Of a DNA stretch of 64,000 nt, positions 21,801 to 31,000 are shown one piece after another. How positions within the stretch are numbered: the stretch's first letter is position 1; every line of letters starts with the position of its first letter. Made by a program: the position numbers and the translations under genes. Source of the DNA: a virus (Duplodnaviria; Caudoviricetes); IMG/VR virus record IMGVR_UViG_3300029305_003192; one strand, given 5' to 3'. A model generated the notes under the pieces. That model worked only from the letters and a program-made list of their open reading frames with translations. It did no database searches and was not told the DNA's origin.

Positions 21801-22284
21801 ATACGATCTGCTTGAGAATAACTACTCTATCGATCTTAAATTCTTTAACACATACGGCAAATCCAGATTTTTCCGTATTGGTATTAAGAACGACGATATG
21901 GTTACGCTCAATAAGGTTAACGTCGTACCACGATTCGGTGTTAAACTCAATATGCTTTCACCTTACGCCGAATTTGAAGGTAGATTCGTCGCTTTCGTCA
22001 AGGAGTATATCGAGTCATTTAATGATGTTACTAATAAGGGTAAAGCTATCCTTATAATGGACCTCATAACTGCTATCAAGAATAACTTCCCGGAAATCGA
22101 AAGACTTGAGTACTACGGTATCGATAATTATAACGTAAACGTTGCACAAATCATCGATACTATGACGGACGAAGAAATTCGTAAGCTTGAATGGATGCAG
22201 TACGTGCCCGAATTTATCAACATTTACTGTGATTATCATGATAATATACTCGAGCCTAAGATCGATATCCAGATACTTGAGTAG
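18826..22284 (+). CDS. Baseplate wedge subunit, T4 gp6-like
   Basis: IYTTMGSEGN...SLGGVDFPSQEDFRN...TITTENDLQMYF matches the gp6/BplJ motif. Confidence 0.75.
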   Translation: MSYKDYTNPAVAMNDWFENIAPKYFNFNVAELHRTGIFGYTNEVMSTVENDTAHAVSIARREFYPTTAQYTKSLYKMAALQQISYPFAHAAQATAILLIQESDIISCGEYNGQRYRFVLDNTMLIDAGGIPFRMDYPLVIIAKKRNVGDTILSNPQEAATGTKAKYAYTVRYDTSRSNDISRLNNYYITYRTVTYNNTPYLLVKVSLHQCTEIIMTDMINKSPVINNIEMDFPFDGKICNFEVFYSDSEGTAVTQLTKLPLNSNPINGNFCMYSMVDPQTLRITFPENQYFTPKFNSSLTVKIYTTMGSEGNFASYSGSLLCTPSSEDYPYNNTCVISGQLQGSSLGGVDFPSQEDFRNDVITAYATNKTITTENDLQMYFDSVMTDTRNKVVFQKKRDDVFERLYAAYMILKDLNGNIVPANTLNLDLEESQLDVVIESFGKSVVKPGHVLRYQKEGHYYHSYYDLYKTDANLNTDINDNVDDFSYTNIFLMQIMKSPNMVGFYLNTVNETIDITPVRDRSAEDTNNDISYLQFNVSAVNIMRNAIRGENFYKLTVSMQPSIVSSGFEEMAFISAEDLRDGEVDTFPLEICADYGGIVEGFEWHDSDGPNTGGSVYMVIRYKPDIPGVTRQTITKYVEEDWMPNDKDNPDDLRVWIRVNSPVYYTENPNGQRIFDTPTWYSTELQAGDKFTAGSIIATRKPKDTGVLRVVAEFKTEIGLYVPLSLDSYDPDTDSYTFAAYLATEDYINEDGRLVINGSFCNMLGDYRSAVAIDPTDCDIYISTFLQYDDFNFEHKFMNYAYLKNHTLTNIFESTGNKLNFLLPMKFIRSTVSFFDMIRPDPKGNIKVIMSGSGSMFIKTYQNGISLNYGVAYVMTDDYGEDDIYYLYRGPLPPNVNSDLCCNHPDCDAYVKRMNLLPGIYTDASGKHIFIEPSEEDRFDYNIKDNEGKARNTPACRISSIPLIRSNWLRNSGNVFDLVQIIRRNYDYLLQIYDLLENNYSIDLKFFNTYGKSRFFRIGIKNDDMVTLNKVNVVPRFGVKLNMLSPYAEFEGRFVAFVKEYIESFNDVTNKGKAILIMDLITAIKNNFPEIERLEYYGIDNYNVNVAQIIDTMTDEEIRKLEWMQYVPEFINIYCDYHDNILEPKIDIQILE

Positions 22285-22344
22285 TACCCAAAAACAAGCT
22301 AATAAATCTCAATACTATTATATTACAAAGGAAGTGTGATTACT

Positions 22345-24063
22345 ATGCATAGATTAAATGGTCTTAAGCCAAATAGACAGGCAATCGAAAATGCTGTTGG
22401 TGATATCTTCCTTGAGAAGGCATTCGAAGCCGCAATTCAGACAATTGCGGCTAATGCTTTCCCAGGAATCGATACACTCAGACAGAGTAATGGAATTCAT
22501 AAGTTTATGAAATTTACTCACAATGCTCTCGAAGCAGCTGGTGGATATCAGGCACTTCTCAACGCTATCGATACTGAGAAGGACCCTGCTAAGCTTCATT
22601 TCCTCACAGAACTCAATTATATCTGTGTGGATACCGCTCTTGAAGCATCTACAAGATTCGCTATGGAAGCTGCTGAAGATGAGATTGAAGAAGCAGTTGA
22701 CGAAGGGGAAGACCCAATCGAGGGTATCGAAAACGATGGTGACCCAAACATTGACGACGAACTCAACGAAGAGGGCGAACTCGAAGAACCACCTGCAGAG
22801 GAACCTGCTAAGAAGATTCTTCCTGGCAAGGACCTTCAGACACTCGCACTCGATACTCCTCTTAACGAAAAAGAGCTCAAGAAACTCGGTTCTAACCTCA
22901 GAACCCTTGATACTCCTAAGATTGCAAAGATTGTAAACGATAAAATCGTCGATGCTATTGAGACTGAGAAGAAGGCTTACCAGGAAATTGATGAAGCTAA
23001 CGACCGTCTCAAGGCAGCTCTCACTGAAAAGGAAGAGCTCTACAATAAGTCCGAGCAGGAAGCTCTCGACTCCGTAAACAGAGTTCTCGGTATTACTCTC
23101 GGTGAAGGCACTCCGCGTGACCACGTTTCACTCTTCTCTACACTCCAGGTAAATTCTGCTACAGCTCTTCTCTCTGCAACAGAAGGTGTTGAAAATGCCA
23201 GCATCGATAAGGTTGCTACAAGAGTACTCTGTCGTACAATTCCTGAGAAGTTTAAGGAGAATACATCCCTTTCTGCTTCTATCGAAGAGGCTATTGGTGC
23301 TCAGCTTGCTACAGCAAATCCTGCAATGGCAGATGCCGCTGGTAAGGAGAAGCTTCTTAAGCTCTCCACATTCATCTCTACGATGGTACTTACAGTTATC
23401 GAAACACTTTATACTCTCAATCTCCACAAGTATACTTGTCAGGACATTGAAGGTATTGTAAAGACAAAGGGCTTTGATAACTGCATGACCAAGTCTATCA
23501 CTGCTAATGTAAATCAGGCTGCATGTGATGCTATCGAACAGTGTAAGAAACACGTAAACGGTACTAAGGATGTAGGTGCACTTGAATCTGCTCTCGAGTC
23601 CGTTATTAAGCTTCACGATAAGATTGTGGATATCGAACGCAAGGGTGTGGCTATCAATAAGGAAACTAAGGAAGCCATCGAAAGCGTTCAGACAGCTATC
23701 GTTGAACGCACTCACAAGCTTTCTGCAGAATTCGATGCTGCTACAGAGGGTTGTAGTTATGCTGCATCTCTCAGAAACGAGCTCGGCATGAAGAACGATA
23801 TTGTTGCTATGGAGCACTTTGGTGCGCTTATTAATCGTAAGAAGCCAAACAAGCTCATCTGTACACTCTCTGAAGAAGGTGCTATGGAAGCAACATTCAT
23901 GAGAGACAATAACCCGTACTTCACAAACTCCATTGCTCTCGAGGGTAGCTTCGAAGCTATTGGTGTAGAGAATTATGTCAATATGCTCATGAAGAAGGCT
24001 GGCGTTGATAAGATTACTTACTCCAACGACAGAAAGCCCGAATTCAAGATTATCGTAAGATAA
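22345..24063 (+). CDS. Putative proteolytically processed head (inner/ejection) protein
   Basis: Late promoter at 22293-22305; more than a dozen A/S-x-E motifs (ALE, AME, ATE, AFE, AIE); acidic linker. Confidence 0.65.
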   Translation: MHRLNGLKPNRQAIENAVGDIFLEKAFEAAIQTIAANAFPGIDTLRQSNGIHKFMKFTHNALEAAGGYQALLNAIDTEKDPAKLHFLTELNYICVDTALEASTRFAMEAAEDEIEEAVDEGEDPIEGIENDGDPNIDDELNEEGELEEPPAEEPAKKILPGKDLQTLALDTPLNEKELKKLGSNLRTLDTPKIAKIVNDKIVDAIETEKKAYQEIDEANDRLKAALTEKEELYNKSEQEALDSVNRVLGITLGEGTPRDHVSLFSTLQVNSATALLSATEGVENASIDKVATRVLCRTIPEKFKENTSLSASIEEAIGAQLATANPAMADAAGKEKLLKLSTFISTMVLTVIETLYTLNLHKYTCQDIEGIVKTKGFDNCMTKSITANVNQAACDAIEQCKKHVNGTKDVGALESALESVIKLHDKIVDIERKGVAINKETKEAIESVQTAIVERTHKLSAEFDAATEGCSYAASLRNELGMKNDIVAMEHFGALINRKKPNKLICTLSEEGAMEATFMRDNNPYFTNSIALEGSFEAIGVENYVNMLMKKAGVDKITYSNDRKPEFKIIVR

Positions 24064-24069
24064 CAAAAA

Positions 24070-24105
24070 AATATCCCCAGTAACCATTACGGTTACTGGG
24101 GATTA
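24070..24105. terminator. Bidirectional hairpin terminator
   Basis: ATCCCCAGTAACC/GGTTACTGGGGAT. Confidence 0.7.
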
Positions 24106-24127
24106 TTATGCCAGAAGCAGCTTTGGC

Positions 24128-24691
24128 TTACTTCTTAGAAGGTTTGGAAGATTTAAGCCATGCAGGTACCTTGTTAGATACGGACATAGCTTCTCTTTCC
24201 TTGTAGGTTACATCGAGACCTGTTGGAATGGACTCGTACTTACCAGGAGCAGTTTCTACAATCTTCTTTGTAGCAGTTGTCTTCTCTGGTACGGTATCGA
24301 TTGAAATCTGCATTGAAGTCTGCTTTTCGCTCTTCATTGGGAACTTGAGACTCTTACCTGTACGGAGGTATTCAACTTCAGCATCCATTACGACGTCAAG
24401 CATTGGGTCAGTAACGGACTTCGGAATTGTTACGCCGTCGAGCTTGTCAGCTTCAGAAGCATCGATACCGTATGTCTTGGATACGAACTTCTTAAGCCCA
24501 GTCTGGAATTCCTTACCAGGCTTGGACTCTGCAACGGAGAAGCCGTTCTCGCCGTCGGGAACGATTCTCTTGGAAACATAGTCAGGGTCATTAGCAAGTG
24601 TGTTTACCATACCCTGGAGTGTAGATTTTGAATATACGCTCGATTTTGATGAGGCTTTAACCTCTTCTGTGAATTTTTTGAAATCTGCCAT
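24128..24691 (-). CDS. Hypothetical protein, 187 aa
   Basis: AAGGAGG SD; clean ORF. Confidence 0.75.
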   Translation of the reverse strand: MADFKKFTEEVKASSKSSVYSKSTLQGMVNTLANDPDYVSKRIVPDGENGFSVAESKPGKEFQTGLKKFVSKTYGIDASEADKLDGVTIPKSVTDPMLDVVMDAEVEYLRTGKSLKFPMKSEKQTSMQISIDTVPEKTTATKKIVETAPGKYESIPTGLDVTYKEREAMSVSNKVPAWLKSSKPSKK

Positions 24692-24771
24692 TGTGATTTC
24701 CTCCTTCGAAATATGAATTCACGAGGGCTGAGTCGCCCTCGATTTAATTATTAGTTACCTCGGGTGTATAT

Positions 24772-26010
24772 TTACATATCCTTGATAGGAGTTGGATACA
24801 CCTTTGTAGGCTGAACTGGAACTGTTTCAGGCACATTCTCTCCTGGTACAGCTACCAAGTCGTCAGATGGGTCTGTCATAGCATCAGTAATATCACCAAT
24901 AGTTACTCCCCCAGCATTATGACGGATGATAATGTCTCCATCATCTTCATCATCGATTTCAATATCGCCATCAGGATCCTCATCATAGAGGTCCTTAATG
25001 ATTGCATTGAAGCCGCTAGTCAGATGATTAACTCGACCAGTTACCTGTGACATTTCCTCATTAAGGATATCAACGGTTTCACCAATCGCATCAACGCTAT
25101 TTGCAATCTGACCGATTGACTGAGTATTGGTAGTGATAACCTTGTTAAGGTTATTGATGCTACCAATAATAGCACTCATATTCTTATCCACTGCCTGTGG
25201 AGGCTTGTGGTTATGATTACATGGCTGTGCCTGCTGAGGTACATACTGTCTTGACTCGATAGCTTCGATTCTGTCCATTATGCCATTGAGGGCAACGCCG
25301 ATCTGCTTGAAGCCTTCGGCGATTTCATTTTCACCTTCGTCTTCATCATCGTCGTCGTAATCCGAATAATCATCATCGTCATCGAACACATTACGTGATT
25401 TTGATGACTTACCACCGAATGATTCGAGGTACTTCTCGAGATTAGATGCTGGTACGTTTGATGTATATGCATCATAATCGTCATCGTCGTCATCATAACC
25501 GAAGTCGAAGTACTCATCGTAATACTCTTCGTTGTTTTCGATATATCTTTCAAGGTCCTTGATTGATACATCATCCTCATTTTTAAACTTCGTAATCTTG
25601 AAGTCCTTTCTGAGGATTTCTGCTGTCTTCTTGCACTTCTTAAGATGCTTCTTGATTTCCTTCTCAGTGAGGGAGTTGTCTTCTGCCACCTTATGATAGA
25701 TAATAACAGCGGTTCTGAGAACTGACTTAGCTTCTCTATCACAGAAGAGCTTTATCAGTCCAGTAAGGTCGATCTTCTTGAGAAGATTACCAATATCCTT
25801 CTGCTTTCCGCAGATGAGTTTGGAGGCTATCTTCTTTACACCATACATCTCGTTGAGCATGAAGTCGAGACCCTTAATGTAACGAAGTTTGCCTTTGTCG
25901 TTCATAGCCATTATTTTCAAGTCTCTGATAGTCATAGCGACCAGAGCTCTTGGGTCAGGCTTCTTGGCCTTTTGGCCACTAAGGCCAAGATTCTTATTCT
26001 TCTTTGCCAT
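24772..26010 (-). CDS. Hypothetical protein with basic N-terminus, Asp-rich tracts and coiled coil
   Basis: AAGGAGG SD; composition. Confidence 0.75.
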   Translation of the reverse strand: MAKKNKNLGLSGQKAKKPDPRALVAMTIRDLKIMAMNDKGKLRYIKGLDFMLNEMYGVKKIASKLICGKQKDIGNLLKKIDLTGLIKLFCDREAKSVLRTAVIIYHKVAEDNSLTEKEIKKHLKKCKKTAEILRKDFKITKFKNEDDVSIKDLERYIENNEEYYDEYFDFGYDDDDDDYDAYTSNVPASNLEKYLESFGGKSSKSRNVFDDDDDYSDYDDDDEDEGENEIAEGFKQIGVALNGIMDRIEAIESRQYVPQQAQPCNHNHKPPQAVDKNMSAIIGSINNLNKVITTNTQSIGQIANSVDAIGETVDILNEEMSQVTGRVNHLTSGFNAIIKDLYDEDPDGDIEIDDEDDGDIIIRHNAGGVTIGDITDAMTDPSDDLVAVPGENVPETVPVQPTKVYPTPIKDM

Positions 26011-26028
26011 AAAGTTTCCTCCTTAGTT

Positions 26029-26724
26029 TTAGTCATCGTAATCGTCATCATCGTCATCGGACGAATCAACGAGGTCGAAGTCATCATCCTCAGATTCGAG
26101 GTCGACTTCTATTTCATCGAGGTCATAATCATCATCGTCATCAGTAATCATGCTGCCAATCATGGTTGAAATGGTAGATGTCAGCTTATCACTGATTTCA
26201 GATTCAGCCACTGCTTTACGCAGAGCTGTAAGCTGATTTGTCTTTCTGTCTTCTTCGAAGAGTGACAAAGCTCTTGTAAGAATCTGGTCGTGGTCCTCTT
26301 CAGTAAGTTTAAAGTCAGCCTTATCCTCAGCCAAATCAAGCAGGCAAGAGAGTTCTCTCTTGTCATAATAATTGGTAGGATTATAACCGAGTGATTCTTC
26401 GAAGAATTCACTAGCTTCTTCACGGTTCATAGATTCCGGTGTAGAAAGCTTATTGATCACGTCCATTACTTCTTCGTCAGTTGTTGTCATAGCCGCTGCT
26501 GTAATAAGGTCAACTGTCATCGATGTACCATAAGTCCTGTCGAACTCTTCGCCGGACATCTTCTTACCATCGACCTTATATCGTCTTTCACCCTTAGGTG
26601 TGACTCTAGCTTCGAGATTAGCGATTCCTTTTTCTTCCATAAACTTAAAGGAATCTTCAACATTGAAGCTATTGTGAGCCTTTTCTACAAGGCTCTTCTT
26701 ATACGTCTCTGCCAGTTTGCTCAT
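26029..26724 (-). CDS. Hypothetical protein with poly-Asp C-terminal tail
   Basis: GGAGG SD; early core at 26841-26850 (-). Confidence 0.75.
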   Translation of the reverse strand: MSKLAETYKKSLVEKAHNSFNVEDSFKFMEEKGIANLEARVTPKGERRYKVDGKKMSGEEFDRTYGTSMTVDLITAAAMTTTDEEVMDVINKLSTPESMNREEASEFFEESLGYNPTNYYDKRELSCLLDLAEDKADFKLTEEDHDQILTRALSLFEEDRKTNQLTALRKAVAESEISDKLTSTISTMIGSMITDDDDDYDLDEIEVDLESEDDDFDLVDSSDDDDDDYDD

Positions 26725-26853
26725 TATGCTTTACCTCCATTTGTATTTATGTGTGTGTGTGATTAAATTAACTTGATAGTCTCTCACAGACGATGGCCCG
26801 CTACGGTGTTTCCATCGCCTGCTGCTATTAACCCGCTGATAGAATATATACTT

Positions 26854-27525
26854 TTAGGTCATCATGATATTACGTCTTATCTCTGACTCGGGCTCCTCAT
26901 TCTGAGCAGGTGTTTGCTCCGTAGTGGAGCCGAAACCACCAGTTCTAGTGGCAGTCACCTCTTCCTCTTCATAAGCATATCCGATAGGAAGAATGATACC
27001 CTGTACGAAAGCCATACCCACACCGATATGTAATATCTGCTCGGGTGGTATTTCCGGTTTATGAGTAATCATATTCTCTCTCGGCATTGGATAGAGCCCA
27101 TTTGCAATGTTAATCATAATCTGACCTTCGGTCTCTTCGCAATCATAATAATCGCTGTCGATAATACCAAGCGTACCAGACAGTGTAGTATGATAACGCA
27201 TACCGAGACCTGATTTTGGAGCCATTACAAGTGCCCATCCAGGTTCAAGCTTACACTTAATACCGGTTGGGATAGTAACGTCCTGTAATGGTGGGAGTGG
27301 GTAGACATCGAGAGGTGAGAAGAAATCATAACCTACAGAGCCAACCGTAGCTCTTCTTGGAAGCTTGATATTCTCCCATATCTCATGGAGAGCTTCACGT
27401 TCCTTCTCTTTAACCTCTTCAATTGCCGGACCCATCATTGATTTGAGCCAAGTATCAAATGATACTTTCTCGAACTTAGCTACCACATTCTTAGGTGGTG
27501 TGGTATCGTGAGTTACGTCAACCAT
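26854..27525 (-). CDS. dut: Trimeric dUTPase
   Basis: All five motifs: SVGYDF, PKSGLG, GIIDSDYY, VQGII, RTGGFGST. Confidence 0.92.
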   Translation of the reverse strand: MVDVTHDTTPPKNVVAKFEKVSFDTWLKSMMGPAIEEVKEKEREALHEIWENIKLPRRATVGSVGYDFFSPLDVYPLPPLQDVTIPTGIKCKLEPGWALVMAPKSGLGMRYHTTLSGTLGIIDSDYYDCEETEGQIMINIANGLYPMPRENMITHKPEIPPEQILHIGVGMAFVQGIILPIGYAYEEEEVTATRTGGFGSTTEQTPAQNEEPESEIRRNIMMT

Positions 27526-27617
27526 TGTTAATCCTCCTTCAGTAATATAGATAACACGTGTAGTGTTATCTATATTGTGCCACGATATTTAATAATTAAA
27601 GCAAAAAAAAATCAGGC

Positions 27618-27926
27618 TCATGAGCCTGATTTAAGTGCCACCCTCTCGCATTCTGATACGAGATACTGCTTAGTCCCTTTATCAAGTATAATAACGGGCT
27701 CTGACAGGATACCACGGTAGAAGCAACAACAGCGAACTACTGACTCAATAGCAGCTTCTATTGAGTTATCAAATATGGATGGTGAAATTTCTTTACCACC
27801 ACATATGAAATTGGTATCGTCCTGTAGTTCTGCACAAAGGGCCCTTCCAACTACTTTAAGTCGGAAGGTCTTTTTTCCAACGGTGAATTCACCGTTGTCT
27901 GATATTTTTACCATCGTTTTATTCAT
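27618..27926 (-). CDS. Hypothetical early protein
   Basis: AAAGGA SD; early core at 27950-27959; terminator at 27603-27632. Confidence 0.65.
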   Translation of the reverse strand: MNKTMVKISDNGEFTVGKKTFRLKVVGRALCAELQDDTNFICGGKEISPSIFDNSIEAAIESVVRCCCFYRGILSEPVIILDKGTKQYLVSECERVALKSGS

Positions 27927-28022
27927 ATTACCACGTCCTTTCTACTCACATAATATATACTTGCAGTTGTTAACGCATATTGCCCAAAACACACTAGTAA
28001 TTCCCAAATCTCAAAGAAAGGA

Positions 28023-31000
28023 ATGGTGTTTATGCATCCAATACCGTCATTGTATAAATTACCAATGACACCGGCTACTGAAGCCGTTATGTATGGTAAC
28101 ATTAAACAGAACGTATGTCTCAAAGGTCAGGACCACCTTAGGCTTCCTAGGGACTCTGCCAATGAGATAATAATGGTAACACCTTCAGCAGATGTTACCT
28201 ATAGAATCATCGATGGTGAATTTCCAACATTCTACCGCGATGGATATAAAGCATATATCACGGAGACCAAAATCAATAAGAAGATTGGTGCTAAGCAGAT
28301 AAAGATTATTGGATATAGCGACTTCCGTAAGGAGTATCTCGAAAGAGTAACTGATAGAGCTATTAAGTTCTACAGCGATACTCAGATGGAAGATATCGTT
28401 AGTAAGGGACAGTCCTTCATATTCGATACTGGTAGATTCCATGAGTTATACTTCACAAACAGATACTCCAACCGTGGAGACAATTATCTCTGCGAAGATT
28501 ATATGAAGTTCTTACTTGAGAGAATTGATGCCGGTGCTGGTCACTTTAAGAAGATTCTCTATGTACCAATAGATGAATGGATTAAAGCTACCGGTAAGAT
28601 TGGTATCACTAAGGATTTACTTAATAACCCAATATCTATTCTCTTTAAGTGTATGATAAAGTATCCTCAGTTCATTGAGGAACTCATGTCACGTGAAGTT
28701 ACAATACTCTTTGTAAATGCAGAGCATGGCGAAGTTCTCAAGTTTGAATTTCCTAGAGATGCTAAGGAACCAGATAAACTCAAGACTCTGAATCGCTCTG
28801 AGATAAAGCAGCTCTATGCCAAGACAAAGATACAGATTGAAAGAATGAATCTTCCATCGGGTTCCATCTCTAATGAAGAGGACCCAGATGACGAAGCTAC
28901 TACACCAGTACCAACCACAACAAACTGTGCAGTCGCTGATGAGCTTAAGAAGGAACTCACAAGTGGTGCATCCGTACTTAAGGCTGATAACTCCGTGGAG
29001 TCTTCAGATATCGATGCCGCTCTCGATGATGAAAATCATGAAGAGAGTGCAACTGATGCTGAGATTGAAGAGGTTATTGACGAGGCTGTAGAGACCATAC
29101 CGGAACTCACTGACGAAAACGTTCCAGATGATGAGAAGAAGACCATCATCGAAAATGAGGTCAAGAAGAATGTTTATATTGCAAAGTTCGTTCCTGAGAA
29201 GTCTAAGAAGCAGCTCGAATATATCGACGTTGGACAGACTAAGCAGGCTCGTGCACTGTCACAGTCTATTGACCAGATGAAATCTAAGATTATCGATGAA
29301 GAGGTTATTGATACCGATATAATTGATACCAAGAATGAAAATCTCAGACATGTCAAGTATGCAAATGCCGACAAATCATATGTTGATAAGAAGTATATTC
29401 CTGATATCAATGCAGCTGTTGCTAAACTTGCAGATGCGGATATTAAAGTCTTCATCGAAAGCATTGATGAAGAAGATACCTCTGACCAGCTTAATCAGAA
29501 GAAAACTCTGACATACCATCTGGTAGACGAGAATGGTAAGAAGCACACCGTGATGTTTGATATCCCTATTATCAGAGATGGATGCCATATGTATCTCGGT
29601 GGTGCAAATAAGATGATGCTTCACCAGAGAATATTTAAGCCGATTGTAAAGGTTCGTCCAGATACAGTCGAGCTCATTACCATGTATAATAAGGTATTCG
29701 TTACTCGTCATGGTTCTGCTTCTTCACCTGAAGTAAGTAATATCAAGAAGTATCTTACTAAACATGCAGAGAAGTATAAGGTTAAGTTTGGTAATGCTCA
29801 GGCTAATAACCAGAAATATAAAACATCTATCGAGTTCGACGACTTCGCTCGTTCACTCACACGATTCACTGTTCGTGCAGATGGTCTCAATGGTAAGAAA
29901 TGTGATGTAACGGTCTTCTTTGACCTTAAGTTAGCTGAAGAGCAATACAACGCTCTCCCAGCTAGTGCTAAGACTAAGGGGGTTAATCCGTTTACAACAG
30001 AAAATATACCATGTGTATACTATAAGCCGGTGGGAGAAGATACACCTTATATGGTGCCCATTGGCGAGGAAGGTCCAGTTGCACTGGCTAATAAACTTCT
30101 CGGTACAGATATAGGTAGTAGTGGAAATATCACCAAGGGTGGTAAATTCATGTTTGCTCGTGCCAAGATTCTCAACGAGTACATCCCAGTTGCACTTTTC
30201 TGCTGTTACTGCGAGGGTATGACTACCGTACTTCGTAAATGTGAAATCGAACACGAATATGTAGCTACTACACGAGACCTTAATAATCTCACTAAGCATT
30301 ATACGCGACCATCAGCTATTAAACTTGCAGATGGTATCCTTGTATACGAAGCCATTAAGATGGAAAATGTTCTCCTCATGAACGGTCTTAAAGGCCTTGG
30401 ACTTGAAGCATATACAATTGCAGAACTCGACTCCAAGGATACTTATATTGACCTCATTTCACAATTCTATGCATCAGCTAATCAGGCTCACAACCTGGAC
30501 AACTTCAGAATGTTCCTCATCGATAATAAGACAAAGGAAATTCTTGAAGACTTTGACCAGCCTACGGACCTTATCGAAATCATGTTCTATATATGTAAGC
30601 TGCTGGCTAATAACCAGTACCTGCCTGAAAATAACATGAATAACATGCGTATTAGAAGCAACGAAATTGTTTCTCAGATTGCGTATCAGTATATCGTGGC
30701 CGCATATAGCGACTGGGCTAAACCCACTGGGGCAAATAGACCTAAAAAGATTTCGGTTGCAAGAGATTGTGTTATGAGAGCTCTCATGTCCTCATCACTA
30801 CTCGACGAGGATTCTGTAGTAAATCCGATTTATCAGATTGAAAAGGCGAGGGCGACTACTATTTCAGCATCCACTAGTGCCAAGAATATTACACTTACTG
30901 GTATCAATAAGGTAGACGGTTATGGCATGGATAAGCGTGCATATGACGATAGTATGGTTGGTATCTTTGGACTTACATCTCCAGCGGATGCTAACGTTGG

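Noticed and set aside
15205-24087. Long antisense ORFs (15205..16131, 22354..23124, 23128..24087; also 53553..54131 and 56262..56921)
   Set aside because: They are shadows of codon-biased real genes on the opposite strand, with no SD or promoter
26749-26761. (TG)6 microsatellite as a phase-variation tract
   Set aside because: Short, intergenic and not within a promoter spacer or CDS
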